Part shown: positions 28,440 to 42,045 of the stretch, piece after piece
Position numbering within the stretch: position 1 is the stretch's first letter
Layout of the letters: each line of letters opens with the position of its first letter
Assembly (NCBI GenBank): GCA_010909165.1
Contig: MU008156.1
Span: 806,001-870,000 of the forward strand
Reading direction: 5' to 3'
DNA: 64,000 nucleotides
From: Anthoceros angustus
Taxonomy: Eukaryota; Plantae; Anthocerotophyta
Made by a program: the position numbers and the translations under genes
Notes under the pieces: generated by a model
What the model saw: the letters and a program-made list of their open reading frames with translations, nothing else
What the model was told of the DNA's origin: nothing
Databases searched by the model: none

Positions 28440-31400
28440 ATGAGCACGATGGAGAAGACTTCAAAAGCCGCGGTGTTAGAGGAGACTACAAGACCCACCG
28501 TAGTGGAGGAGACTCAGCACCCACGATGGTGGAGACTCTAGCGCCCATGGTGGTGGAGGAGTCAACAGGACCCAAGGTGATGGCGGAGGAGGAGACTGCA
28601 AGAGCCATGGCGGTGGCCGAGCTCAAGACTCTAGCATCCTGTGGGGAAGAGGAGGAGACTAGTACAACAAGAGCTGCATGGTGGAGAAGGAGGAGCATAC
28701 TACAGAGCCACAGTCATGGTGGAGGCGGAGGAGACTCAGCAGCACAGTGGAGGAGGAGGAGCATCTGCAAGAGCCATAGTCATGGTGGAGGAGGAGGAGC
28801 ATCAGAGCCACAGTCATGTTGGAGGCAGGAGACTCCAGCAGCCACAGTGGAGGAGGAGGAGACTACAGAGCCACAGTCATGGTGGAGGAGGAGGAGACTA
28901 CAAGAGCTACGGTGGAGGAGGAGGAGCATATTGCAGCACCACGGTCATGGTGGAGGATGAGGAGACTCCAGCAGCAGCCTGGGAGGAGGAGGAGCATCGC
29001 ACGAGCCATAGTCATGGTGGAGGAGGAGGAGACTACAAGAGCTACGGTGGAGGAGGAGGAGCATATTGCACCCACGGTCATGTTGGAGGCAGGAGACTCC
29101 GCAGCCACAGTGGAGGAGGAGGAGACTACAAGAGCCACGGTGGTGGGCGATGAGGAAACTATAAGAACCACGTGCAGACAATGAGCATACTACAAGAGCC
29201 CCGGAGAAGAGGAGGAGCATATTGAAGGAGCCACGGTCATGGTGGAGGATGAGGAGGCTGAAGCCACGATGGATGGGGAGGAGACTAGAAGAGCCAGTGG
29301 TGGAGGATGAGGAGACTACAAGAGCCACGGTGGAGGAGGAGGCATACGCACGAGCCACGGTGGTGGAGGATGAGCATCGCAGTGCACCACGGTGGAGGAG
29401 GAGGAGACTACAAGACCCACATTGCATGTGGAGGACGAGCATATTGCAGCCACGCTCATGGTGGAGGATGAGGAAACTACAGAGCCAAGATGGAGGAGGA
29501 GGAGACTACACGAGCCACGGTGGTGGAGGAGACTGCAGTGCTACCCACACGCGTGGTGAAGGAGGAGGAGACTACAGGAGCCACGGTGGCGGAGGAGACT
29601 CAGACTACCCAAGATGGTGGAAGAGGAGCATACTACAGGAGCCACGAATGGTGGACGAGGAGAATATTACAGACGCTACGGTGATGGAGGAAGAGGAGGA
29701 GACTCCAACAGCAGCCACAATGGTCAAGAAGGAGGAGGAGACCCTAGTAGAAACCACGGTGGTGGTGGAGGAGGTGGAGACTCAACATGCGCTGCACCGA
29801 CGGTGGTGGAGGATGAGGAGGAGTCTCAAACAACATCAACGGTGGTGATTCGGAGGAGGAGACTCTAGCGCCGTGACTGGTGGATCCGGGAGGAGACTCT
29901 AGCGTATCCATGGTGTTGGAGGATCGGGAAGAGGCGCATGTTTCAGAGCCACGGCCAAGGTGGATATTTCATACTAATCTACAACGGAGAGTAGCTCAAA
30001 ATTAGGGCCCATGATAGAGGAGACTCTAGAATTAGAATCGATGAGGAGACTCTAGAATCCATGCATATGGCGTGAAGAGTCCAAAATCGACTCCATGGCG
30101 GAGGAGAGTCGGAATCAAAATCCACGGTGGAGGAGACTCCAAAACCAAAATCCACTGAAGGATACAAAATGTATTTTGTCAAATATCCAAAGCCTCTTGA
30201 AAGTTCATACAATGGAAAAATTGCATCAAAGGAGCTTGAAGTGAAGTGGTATCTGGAGTGCGAGATGTTTTACATGCTGGAGTTGTATTCAAAAGGTATG
30301 AGAAGGACAACGTGCTCACTATGTTGAAAGCTCGTGCAACTAGCTCAACTCATGAGTTAGACCTTGCTAAACTACAAAGACAAAAACTAGCTTAGAACAA
30401 GAGATAAAACTTCAACAAGAAGGGAATTAGAAATGAAAAGCAACAGAAGCATATCAAGAGCTCCAAGCATTGCACAGGGAGAAGAATGCGGAGCATGAAG
30501 CATACAATGAAAATCGCAAAGGGATCGTAAATATTATGTTATTGGCAAAAGAAAAGGACAAGGCTGCACTTGAGGTGGAATGTAAAAGCAAGTCGAAACA
30601 TTTTTTCCTTGTGGAATGCTAGTAGCTCAACATTTCAAATCGTTATATTTGTGCGAATGAGTTGAGAACATTATCGACTAGGCACCGCAGACGGAAGAAC
30701 ACTATCGGATGAAGAGTTGTTATCTTTGAAATTTGAAATACGGAAGATCCACCGGCTTCCCGGACCTTCAATGTATAAAAATATTGATGATCTGATTCCA
30801 ATAGGCTTAAAAATGTTGCACAAGAAGAAAATTATGGACTACGGGCATCCACCGCATTGCCCAAGAAGGGACTACAGGCATCCACCGCATTGCCCAAGAA
30901 GGGATTACAGTATCCACCACATTGCCCAAAAGGGACAACAGGCATCAACGACATTGACTAGAAAGGGACTACAAACATCCACAATTGAAAGTATACAGGC
31001 ATCCACGGCACCGCCATTGCAAGAAGGACTAGCATCCATAGTTGAAAGTGCAGGCTCCATCCACGCGCCGCCATTGCCCAAAGAGGGACTACATCCAGCT
31101 TGAAAGTATACAGGCATCCACAGCTCCGCCATTGCCCAAAGAGGGACTACAGGCATCCACTAAAAGTATATGTGCTCCATCCACATCTCCGCCATTGCCC
31201 AAAGAGGGACTACAGGCATCCACAACTAAAAGTACACATGCTCCATCCACAGCCCGCCATTGCCCAAAGAGGGACTACAAGCATCCACAGTTGAAAGTAT
31301 ACAGCATCCACCGCATTGCCCAAAAGGGACTGCATCTATGTTATTGATTGGAAAGGGACTACAGGCATCCACAGGCGCCACCATTGCCGGTGCCCCAAAG

Positions 31401-32094
31401 AAGGTCTACAGGTGCATCCACGACAATTCCCGGAGGAGCTAGACATCCACGACACCACTTAGGTTGACTCGCATGGAGAAGCAAAACAAAAAGTCACAAA
31501 AGAGCAAAAGTCTATCGATCAACATGGAAAGAAAAGATATGATTACAACTCGAATGCCAATATTTTTCGTGCTTAGAAGTTGATGATGGTTGCGAAATGG
31601 ATGGCATGTCATCAATTCCAAAGTCGCATCGGAGGTTGTGAGAAAAAACAACTCATGGGGTCTCAAAGGCCCATGTTGACAAAGCAAATTCGTGTTTGGA
31701 TGCTGATCGGGTAAAATGCAATAATTCACTAGCCTTGAAGATATCAATGCCTATTGGGGACGAAGATACATTTTTGATAAGGACTCTCAAAAGAACTTCA
31801 ATGCAATTCCGGTGCCAACCATTTCCATGACACATGTCTACTTCCTAATGAAGACCCTTTGAATGCCATGCATTCTAGAGCAATAGCAAGGCCTCATAAG
31901 GCAAGTGGTCACAAGGCTTCAAAGAAAAAGGAGAGTTGCACAGTCCGGATCAAGAAAACAGTCTTCATATGCATGTTTTGGTCCCGATCAAGAAAAAGTC
32001 TTCATATGCATGTTTTGGAGCACGTGGTTGGATTTTCCTAGCTATTTTTATTGTTATTGGTGTGATGATTGCCTATATGTGCTTTTCACGTTAA
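28440..32094 (+). CDS. PPI: Array copy 6: shortest PPI-like repeat protein, about 1220 aa if indels are corrected
   Basis: Same modules as the other copies; the acidic N-terminal region is only ~1.57 kb (28440-30010). Confidence 0.6.
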
Positions 32095-33167
32095 GTTTTC
32101 GAATGACTCAAGCAAGTTTATTTTTGTAGCACGGTGTCGCTATGATGTAAGCAAGTTCACTTGAAAAATACTCCCTATGTTCTCAAATTTTTAATTTTAT
32201 TTTCACAAGAGATGAGTTTTTTCATATCTTTGTCTTATTACAAATTCCATGTATTGCTCTGTTTAGTATGGTGCTAGTTTGTTTGAACAACTTAGATGGT
32301 TGGGGGATCGGGAGGAGGGTACGGTAACCATCGAGCTATGCTACCTCCCATAGCATCGATCCCACGTGTATTGTCGTTGTCTAGTATATCCTACATATGG
32401 CACGGTTCAGTAGAATTCTTAACATGCGATTTTGTTACAAGCATGCCTTCACATGTAAAGACCATCAAGTAGTAGATCCTCCAAAAGGAAACCTTGTACT
32501 TCTAAGTCCATCAAATACTAAGCCCATCCAAGAAAACCAATACCACCAATATGACCAGTTCCTGGTTTATCATAGAATAATCTTCCAATCCATACATTCT
32601 TATTAAATTTGAGCATACATTTCACTTACCTTAAGCTCCAAAGCTAGCCTTTTCTATAAGCCGCAGACTTGCCATAATTGCACGATTGCTAATTTTGGGA
32701 CTCCTTACAACGACACATGTATGGACTACCCCTATAGGCAACATTCTCTCTATAAATTACATAGTAATATATATAAGCGTGTTTCCAAGCATATAACTAC
32801 TTCTATAAGCATGACTTGTTAATGTATATAGTTCTTAGTTTACCTCATTTTATTTTCTTATTGTATTTTCACTTGGTTCTTATTTCTAGCTTTATACAAC
32901 TATTTTAGGGATGGTTCTAAGTTAGGAAGTTCATACCCCTATATGAGGATATAGGCTAGTACAAAGTCAAAAGCGACTACATACTCCAAGAAAAATCTCG
33001 ATAGTTCACACTATTGTGCTATATATGTAAATACAACATTTGATTGAGCTCAAGAAGCTTTATGAGTTACTTGAGTTTTTTCGAATCAAAATTATTCGCC
33101 TTCGGTCAAATCTCCCTTGTCGTAAATCAAACTTGTGACCTAGTTGCCTAAATCGTGGGGCATCAAG

Positions 33168-36100
33168 ATGAGCACGATGGAGAAGACTTCAAAAGCGGTG
33201 TTAGAGGAGACTACAAGACCCACCGTAGTGGAGGAGACTCTAGCACCCACGATGGTGGAGAGACTCTAGCGCCCATGGTGGTGGAGGAGTCAACAGGACC
33301 CAAGGTGATGGCGGAGGAGGAGACTGCAAGAGCCATGGCGGTGGCCGAGCTCAAGACTCTAGCATCCACTGGGGGAAGAGGAGGAGACTAGTACAACAAG
33401 AGCCTGCATGGTGGAGAAGGAGGAGCATACTACAGAGCCACAGTCATGGTGGAGGCGGAGGAGACTCAGCAGCCATGGTGGAGGAGGAGGAGCATCTGCA
33501 AGAGCCATAGTCATGGTGGAGGAGGAGGAGCATCTGCAGAGCCACAGTCATGGTGGAGGAGGAGGAGACTGCAAGAGCCACAGTGGAGGAGGAGGAGCGT
33601 CACGAGCCATAGTCATGGTGGAGGAGGAGGAGACTACAAGAGCTACGGTGGAGGAGGAGGAGCATATTGCAGCACCCACGGTCATGTTGGAGGCAGAGGA
33701 GACTCCAGCAGCAGCCTGTGGAGGAGGAGGAGCATCTTGCACGAGCCATAGTCATGGTGGAGGAGGAGGAGACTACAAGAGCTACGGTGGAGGAGGAGGA
33801 GCATATTGCAGCACCCACGGTCATGTTGGAGGCAGAGGAGACTCCAGCAGCCACAGTGGAGGAGGAGACTACAAGAGCCACGGTGGTGGACGATGAGGAA
33901 ACTATAAGAACCACGTGCAGACAATGAGCATACTACAAGAGCCCCGGAGAAGAGGAGGAGCATATTGAAGGAGCCACGGTCATGGTGGAGGATGAGGAGA
34001 CTGCAGGCCACGATGGATGGGGAGGAGGAGACTAGTACAACAAGAGCCTGCATGGTGGAGAAGGAGGAGCATACTACAGAGCCACAGTCATGGTGGAGGC
34101 GGAGGAGACTCAGCAGCAGTGGAGGAGGAGGAGCATCTGCAAGAGCCATAGTCATGGTGGAGGAGGAGGAGCATCTGCAGAGCCAGTCATGTTGGAGGCG
34201 AGGAGACTCCAGCCAGTGGAGGAGGAGCGTCGCACGAGCCATAGTCATGGTGGAGGAGGAGGAGACTACAAGAGCTACGGTGGAGGAGGAGGAGCATATT
34301 GCAGCACCCACGGTCATGTTGGAGGCGAGGAGACTCCAGCAGCCACAGTGGAGGAGGAGGAGCATCGCACGAGCCATAGTCATGGTGGAGGAGGAGGAGA
34401 CTACAAGAGCTACGGTGGAGGAGGAGGAGCATATGCAGCACCCACGGTCATGTTGGAGGCAGAGGAGACTCAGCAGCCACGTGGAGGAGGAGGAGACTAC
34501 AAGAGCCACGGTGGTGGGCGATGAGGAAACTATAAGAACCACGGTGACAATGAGCATACTACAAGAGCCCCGGAGAAGAGGAGGAGCATATTGAAGGAGC
34601 CACGGTCATGGTGGAGGATGAGGAGACTGCAGGCCACGATGGATGGGGAGGAGACTAGAAGAGCCACAGTGGTGGAGGATGAGGAGACTACAAGAGCCAC
34701 GGTGGAGGAGGGGCATCGCACGAGCCACAGTCGTGGTGGAGGATGAGGAGGCTGCAGTGCAGCCACGGTGGAGGAGGAGGAGACTACAAGACCCACATTG
34801 CATGTGGAGGACGAGCATATTGCAGCCGACCACGCTCATGGTGGAGGATGAGGAAACTACAGAGCCAAGTGGTGGAGGATGAGGAGACTACAAGAGCCAC
34901 GGTGGAGGAGGAGGGGCATCTTGCACGAGCCACGGCCGTGGTGGAGGAGGAGGCTGCAGTGCAGCCACGGTGGAGGAGGAGGAGACTACAAGACCCACAT
35001 TGCATGTGGAGGACGAGCATATTGCAGCCGACCACGCTCATGGTGGAGGATGAGGAGACTACAGGAGCCAAGATGGAGGAGGAGGAGACTACACGAGCCA
35101 CGGTGGTGGAGGAGGCTGCAGTGCTACCCACACGCGTGGTGAAGGAGGAGGAGACTACAGGAGCCACGGTGGCGGAGGAGACTCCAGACTACCCAAGATG
35201 GTGGAAGAGGAGCATACTACAGAGCCACAGAATGGTGGTGGACGAGGAGAATATTACAGGCCTACGGTGATGGAGGAAGAGGAGGAGACTCCAAGCAGCC
35301 ACAATGGTCAAGAAGGAGGAGGAGACCCTAGTAGAAACCACGGTGGTGGTGGAGGAGGAGGAGACTACAAGAGCCATGGTGGAGGAGGAGCATCTGCAAG
35401 AGCCACGGTGGTGGAGGATGAGGAGGAGTCTCAAACAACATCAACGTGGTGATTCGGAGGAGGAGACTCTAGCGGTGGTGGATCCGAAGGAGGGACTCTA
35501 GCAGATCCATGGTGTTGGAGGATCGGGAAGAGGCGCATGTTTGAGAGCCACAGAATGGTGGACGAGGAGAATATTACGACGCTACGGTGATGGAGGAAGA
35601 GGAGGAGACTCAACAGAGCCACAATGGTCAAGAAGGAGGAGGAGACCCTAGTAGAAACCACGGTGGTGGTGGAGGAGGTGGAGACTCCAACATGCGCCGC
35701 ACCGACGGTGGTGGAGGATGAGGAGGAGTCTCAAACAACATCAACGTGGTGATTCCGGAGGAGGAGACTCCAGCAGCCACGGTGGATCCGAAGGAGGGAC
35801 TCTAGCAGATCCATGGTGTTGGAGGATCGGGAAGAGGCGCATGTTTGAGCCACGGCGAAGGTGGATATTTCATATCTGAATCTACAACGGAGAGTAGCTC
35901 AAAATTAGGGCCCATGATAGAGGAGACTCTAGAATTAGAATCCGGAGGAGACTCTAGAATCCATGCATATGGCGAAGAGTCCAAAATCGACTCCATGGCG
36001 GAGGAGAGTCCGAATCAAAATCCACGGTGGAGGAGACTCCACAACCAAAATCCACAGAAGGATACAAAATGTATTTTGTCAAATATCCAAAGCCTCTTGA

Positions 36101-39100
36101 AAGTTCATACAATGGAAAAATTGCATCAAAGGAGCTTGAAGTGAAGTGGTATCTGAGTGCGAGATGTTTTACATGCTGGAGTTGTATTCAAAAGGTATGA
36201 GAAGGACAACGTGCTCACTATGTTGAAAAGCACTCGTGCAACTAGCTCAACTCATGAGTTAGACCTTGCTAAACTACAAAGACAAAAACTAGCTTAGAAC
36301 AAGAGATAAAACAGCTTCAACAAGAAGGGAATTAGAAAATGAAAAGCAATGAGCATATCAAGAGCTCCAAGCATTGCAGAGAAGAATGCGAGCATGAAGC
36401 ATACAATGAAAATCGCAAAGGGATCAAATATTATGTTATTGGCAAAAGAAAAGGACAAATGCACTTGAGGTGGAATGTAAAAAGCAAGTCGAAACATTTT
36501 TTCCTTGTGGAATGCTAGTAGCTCAACATTTCAAATCGTTATATTTGTGCGAATGAGTTGAGAACATTATCGACTAGGCACCGCAGACGGAAGAACACTA
36601 TCGGATGAAGAGTTGTTATCTTTGAAATTTGAAATACCGGAAGATCCACGTGCTTCTGACCATCAATGTATAAAAATATTGATGATACAGATTCAATAGG
36701 CTTAAAAATGTTGCACAAGAAGAAAATTATGGACTACGGGCATCCACCGCATTGCCCAAGAAGGACTACATCCACCGCATTGCCCAAGAAGGGATTACAG
36801 CATCCACCACATTGCCCAAAAGGGACAACAGCATCAACGACATTGACTAGAAAGGGACTACAAACATCCACAATTGAAAGTATACAGCTCCATCCACGGC
36901 ACCGCCATTGCCCAAGAAGGACTACAGGCATCCATAGTTGAAAGTGTGGGCTCCATCCACAGGCGCCGCCATTGCCCAAAGAGGGACTACAGCATCCACA
37001 GTTGAAAGTATACAAGTGCATCCACAGCTCGCCATTGCCCAAAGAGGGACTACAGCATCCACTAAAAGTACAGCTCCATCCACATCTCCGCCATTGCCCA
37101 AAGAGGGACTACAGCATCCACAACTAAAAGTACACATGCTCCATCCAGCTCCGCCATTGCCCAAAGAGGGACTACAAGCATCCACAGTGGAGGAGACTCC
37201 ACAACCAAAATCCACGGCAGAAGGATACAAAATGTATTTTGTCAAATATCCAAAGCCTCTTGAAAGTTCATACAATGGAAAAATTGCATCAAAGGAGCTT
37301 GAAGTGAAGTGGTATCAGGAGTGCGAGATGTTTTACATGCTGGAGTTGTATTCAAAAGGTATGAGAAGGACAACGTGCTCACTATGTTGAAAGCTCGTGC
37401 AACTAGCTCAACTCATGAGTTAGACCTTGCTAAACTACAAAGACAAAAACTAGCTTAGAACAAGAGATAAAACTTCAACAAGAAGGGAATTAGAAAATGA
37501 AAAGCAGAAAGCATATCAAGAGCTCCAAGCATTGCAGGAGAAGAATGCGAGCATGAAGCATACAATGAAAATCGCAAAGGGATCGAAATATTATGTTATT
37601 GGCAAAAGAAAAGGACAAGGCTGCACTTGAGGTGGAATGTAAAAAGCAAGTGAAACATTTTTTCCTTGTGGAATGCTAGTAGCTCAACATTTCAAATCGT
37701 TATATTTGTGCGAATGAGTTGAGAACATTGTATCGACTAGGCACCGCAGACGGAAGAACACTATCGGATGAAGAGTTGTTATCTTTGAAATTTGAAATAC
37801 CGGAAGATCCACGTGCTTCTGACCATCAATGTATAAAAATATTGATGATACAGATTCAATAGGCTTAAAAATGTTGCACAAGAAGAAAATTGGACTACAG
37901 GCATCCACCATTGCCCAAGAAGGACTACAGGCATCCACCGCATTGCCCAAGAAGGGATTACAGGCATCCACATTGCCCAAAAGGGACAACAGCATCAACG
38001 ACATTGACTAGAAAGGGACTACAAACATCCACAATTGAAAGTATCTGCATCCACGGCACCGCCATTGCAGAAGGACTACGCATCCATAGTTGAAAGTGTG
38101 GGCTCCATCCAGGCGCCATTGCCCAAAGAGGGACTACAGCATCCAGCTGAAAGTATACAAGCCGCATCCACCGCCATTGCCCAAAGAGGGACTGAGGCAT
38201 CCACGGCTAAAAGTATAGCTCCATCCACATCTCCGCCATTGCCCAAAGAGGGACTACAGCATCCACAACTAAAAGTACACATGCTCCATCCACAGCTCCG
38301 CCATTGCCCAAAGAGGGACTACAAGCATCCACGGTGGAGGAGACTCCACAACCAAAATCCACGGCAGAAGGATACAAAATGTATTTTGTCAAATATCCAA
38401 AGCCTCTTGAAAGTTCATACAATGGAAAAATTGCATCAAAGGAGCTTGAAGTGAAGTGGTATCAGGAGTGCGAGATGTTTTACATGCTGGAGTTGTATTC
38501 AAAAGGTATGAGAAGGACAACGTGCTCACTATGTTGAAAGCGGCTCGTGCAACTAGCTCAACTCATGAGTTAGACCTTGCTAAACTACAAAGACAAAAAC
38601 TAGCTTAGAACAAGAGATAAAACAGCTTCAACAAGAAGGGAATTAGAAAATGAAAAGCAAGAGCTCCAAGCATTGCAGAGAAGAATGCGGAGCATGAAGC
38701 ATACAATGAAAATCGCAAAGGGATCGAAATATTATGTTATTGGCAAAAGAAAAAGGACAAGGCTGCACTTGAGGTGGAATGTAAAAAGCAAGTCGAAACA
38801 TTTTTTCCTTGTGGAATGCTAGTAGCTCAACATTTCAAATCGTTATATTTGTGCGAATGAGTTGAGAACATTGTATCGACTAGGCACTGCAGACGGAAGA
38901 ACACTATCGGATGAAGAGTTGTTATCTTTGAAATTTGAAATACCGGAAGATCCACCGTGCTTCTCGGACCATCAATGTATAAAAATATTGATGATCTGAT
39001 TCAATAGGCTTAAAAATGTTGCACAAGAAGAAAATTACGGACTACGAGGCATCCACCGCATTGCCCAAGAAGGACTGAGGCATCCACCGCATTGCCCAAG

Positions 39101-42045
39101 AAGGGATTACAGCATCCACCACATTGCCCAAAAGGGACAACAGGCATCAACGACATTGACTAGAAAGGGACTACAAACATCCACAATTGAAAGTATCTGC
39201 ATCCACGGCACCGCCATTGCAGAAGGACTACAGCATCCATAGTTGAAAGTGTCAGGCTCCATCCAGGCGCCGCCATTGCCCAAAGAGGGACTACAGGCAT
39301 CCACAGTTGAAAGTATACAAGTGCATCCAGCTCGCCATTGCCCAAAGAGGGACTACAGCATCCACGGCTAAAAGTATAGCTCCATCCATCTCCGCCATTG
39401 CCCAAAGAGGGACTACAGGCATCCACAACTAAAAGTACACATGCTCCATCCATCCGCCATTGCCCAAGAGGGACTACAAGCATCCACAGTTGAAAGTATA
39501 CAGGCATCCACCGCATTGCCCAAAAGGGACTGAGGCATCTATGTTATTGATTGGAAAGGGACTACAGCATCCACAGGCGCCACCATTGCGGTGCCCCAAA
39601 GAAGGTCTACAGGCATCCACGACAATTCCCGGAGGAGCTACGGACATCCACGACACCACTTAGGTTGACTCGCATGGAGAAGCAAAACAAAAAGTCACAA
39701 AGAGCAAAAGTCTATCGATCAACATGGAAAGAAAAGATATGATTACAACTCGAATGCCAATATTTTTCGTGCTTAGAAGTTGATGATGGTTGCGAAATGG
39801 ATGGCATGTCATCAATTCCAAAGTCGGGAGGTTGTGAGAAAAAACAACTCATGGGGTCTCAAAGGACCATGTTGACAAAGCAAATTCGTGTTTTGGATGC
39901 TGATCGTAAAAATGCAATAATTCACTAGCCTTGAAGATATCAATGCCTATTGGGGACGAAGATACATTTTTGATAAGGACTCTCAAAAGAACTTCAATGC
40001 AATTCTGGTGCCAACCATTTACATGACACATGTCTACTTCCTAATGAAGACCCTTTGAATGCCATGCATTCTAGAGCAATAACAAGGCCTCATAAGGCAA
40101 GTGGTCACAAGGCTTCAAAGAAAAAGGGAGAGTTACTTTGGTGGATCAAGAAAAAGTCTTCATATGCATGTTTTGGAGCACGTGGTTGGATTTTCCTAGC
40201 TATTTTATTGTTATTGGTGTGATGATTGCCTATATGTGCTTTTTACATTTGGAGTTGTATTCAAAAGGTATGAGAAGGACAACGTGCTCACTATGTTGAA
40301 AGCTCGTGCAACTAGCTCAACTCATGAGTTAGACCTTGCTAAACTACAAAGACAAAAACTAGCTTAGAACAAGAGATAAAACTTCAACAAGAAGGGAATT
40401 AGAAAATGAAAAGCAGAAAGCATATCAAGAGCTCCAAGCATTGCAGGAGAAGAATGCGAGCATGAAGCATACAATGAAAATCGCAAAGGGATCGAAATAT
40501 TATGTTATTGGCAAAAGAAAAAGGACAAGGCTGCACTTGAGGTGGAATGTAAAAAGCAAGTGAAACATTTTTTCCTTGTGGAATGCTAGTAGCTCAACAT
40601 TTCAAATCGTTATATTTGTGCGAATGAGTTGAGAACATTGTATCGACTAGGCACTGCAGACGGAAGAACACTATCGGATGAAGAGTTGTTATCTTTGAAA
40701 TTTGAAATACCAGAAGATCCACCAGTGCTTCTCGGACCATCAATGTATAAAAATATTGATGATACAGATTCCAATAGGCTTAAAAATGTTGCACAAGAAG
40801 AAAATTCTGGACTACAGGCATCCACCGCATTGCCCAAGAAGGACTGGCATCCACCGCATTGCCCAAGAAGGGATTACAGGCATCCACCACATTGCCCAAA
40901 AGGGACAACAGGCATCAACGACATTGACTAGAAAGGGACTACAAACATCCACAATTGAAAGTATCTGAGCTGCATCCACGGCGCCGCCATTGCCCAAGAA
41001 GGACTACAGCATCCATAGTTGAAAGTGTCTGTGCTCCATCCAGGCGCCGCCATTGCCCAAGAGGGACTACGAGGCATCCATTGAAAGTATACAAGTGCAT
41101 CCACAGCCCGCCATTGCCCAAAGAGGGACTACTGAGGCATCCACTAAAAGTATCAGGCTCCATCCATCTCCGCCATTGCCCAAAAGGGACAACAGGCATC
41201 CACAACTAAAAGTACACATGCTCCATCCACAGCCCGCCATTGCCCAAAGAGGGACTACAAGCATCCACAGTTGAAAGTATACAGGCATCCACCGCATTGC
41301 CCAAAAGGGACTGCATCTATGTTATTGATTGGAAAGGGACTACAGGCATCCACAGGCCACCATTGCGGTGCCCCAAAGAAGGTCTACAGGCATCCACGAC
41401 AATTCCAGCGGAGGAGCTAGACATCCACGACACCACTTAGGTTGACTCGCATGGAGAAGCAAAACAAAAAGTCACAAAGAGCAAAAGTCTATCGATCAAC
41501 ATGGAAAGAAAAGATATGATTACAACTCGAATGCCAATATTTTTTCGTGCTTAGAAGTTGATGATGGTTGCGAAATGGATGGCATGTCATCAATTCCAAA
41601 GCTGTCGGGAGGTTGTGAGAAAAAAACAACTCATGGGGTCTCAAAGGACCATGTTGACAAAGCAAATTCGTGTTTGGATGCTGATCAGGGTAAAAAATGC
41701 AATAATTCACTAGCCTTGAAGATATCAATGCCTATTGGGGACGAAGATACATTTTTTGATAAGGACTCTCAAAAGAACTTCAATGCAATTCCTGGTGCCA
41801 ACCATTTACATGACACATGTCTACTTCCTAATGAAGACCCTTTGAATGCCATGCATTCTAGAGCAATAGCAAGGCCTCATAAGGCAAGTGGTCACAAGGC
41901 TTCAAAGAAAAAAGGGAGAGTTGCGCCTGGTCCGGATCAAGAAAAAAAGTCTTCATATGCATGTTTTGGAGCACGTGGTTGGATTTTCCTAGCTATTTTT
42001 ATTGTTATTGGTGTGATGATTGCCTATATGTGCTTTTTACATTAA
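33168..42045 (+). CDS. PPI: Array copy 7 (terminal, rearranged): four successive PPI-core/C-terminal segments
   Basis: Back-jumps into the core at ~37185, ~38330 and ~40248. The final ORF 41575-42045 gives the cleanest C-terminus, ending GWIFLAIFIVIGVMIAYMCFLH*. Confidence 0.5.

Noticed and set aside
3558-35270. Trp/Arg-rich third-frame ORFs (PRSWWRRRRLQEP)
   Set aside because: This frame is interrupted by TAG at every ccatagtc and is a by-product of the repeat.
3360-35661. Many minus-strand ORFs rich in SSSS/LLLLHH
   Set aside because: They are antisense shadows of the GAG-rich repeat; they have no consistent start or domain and break at the same indels.
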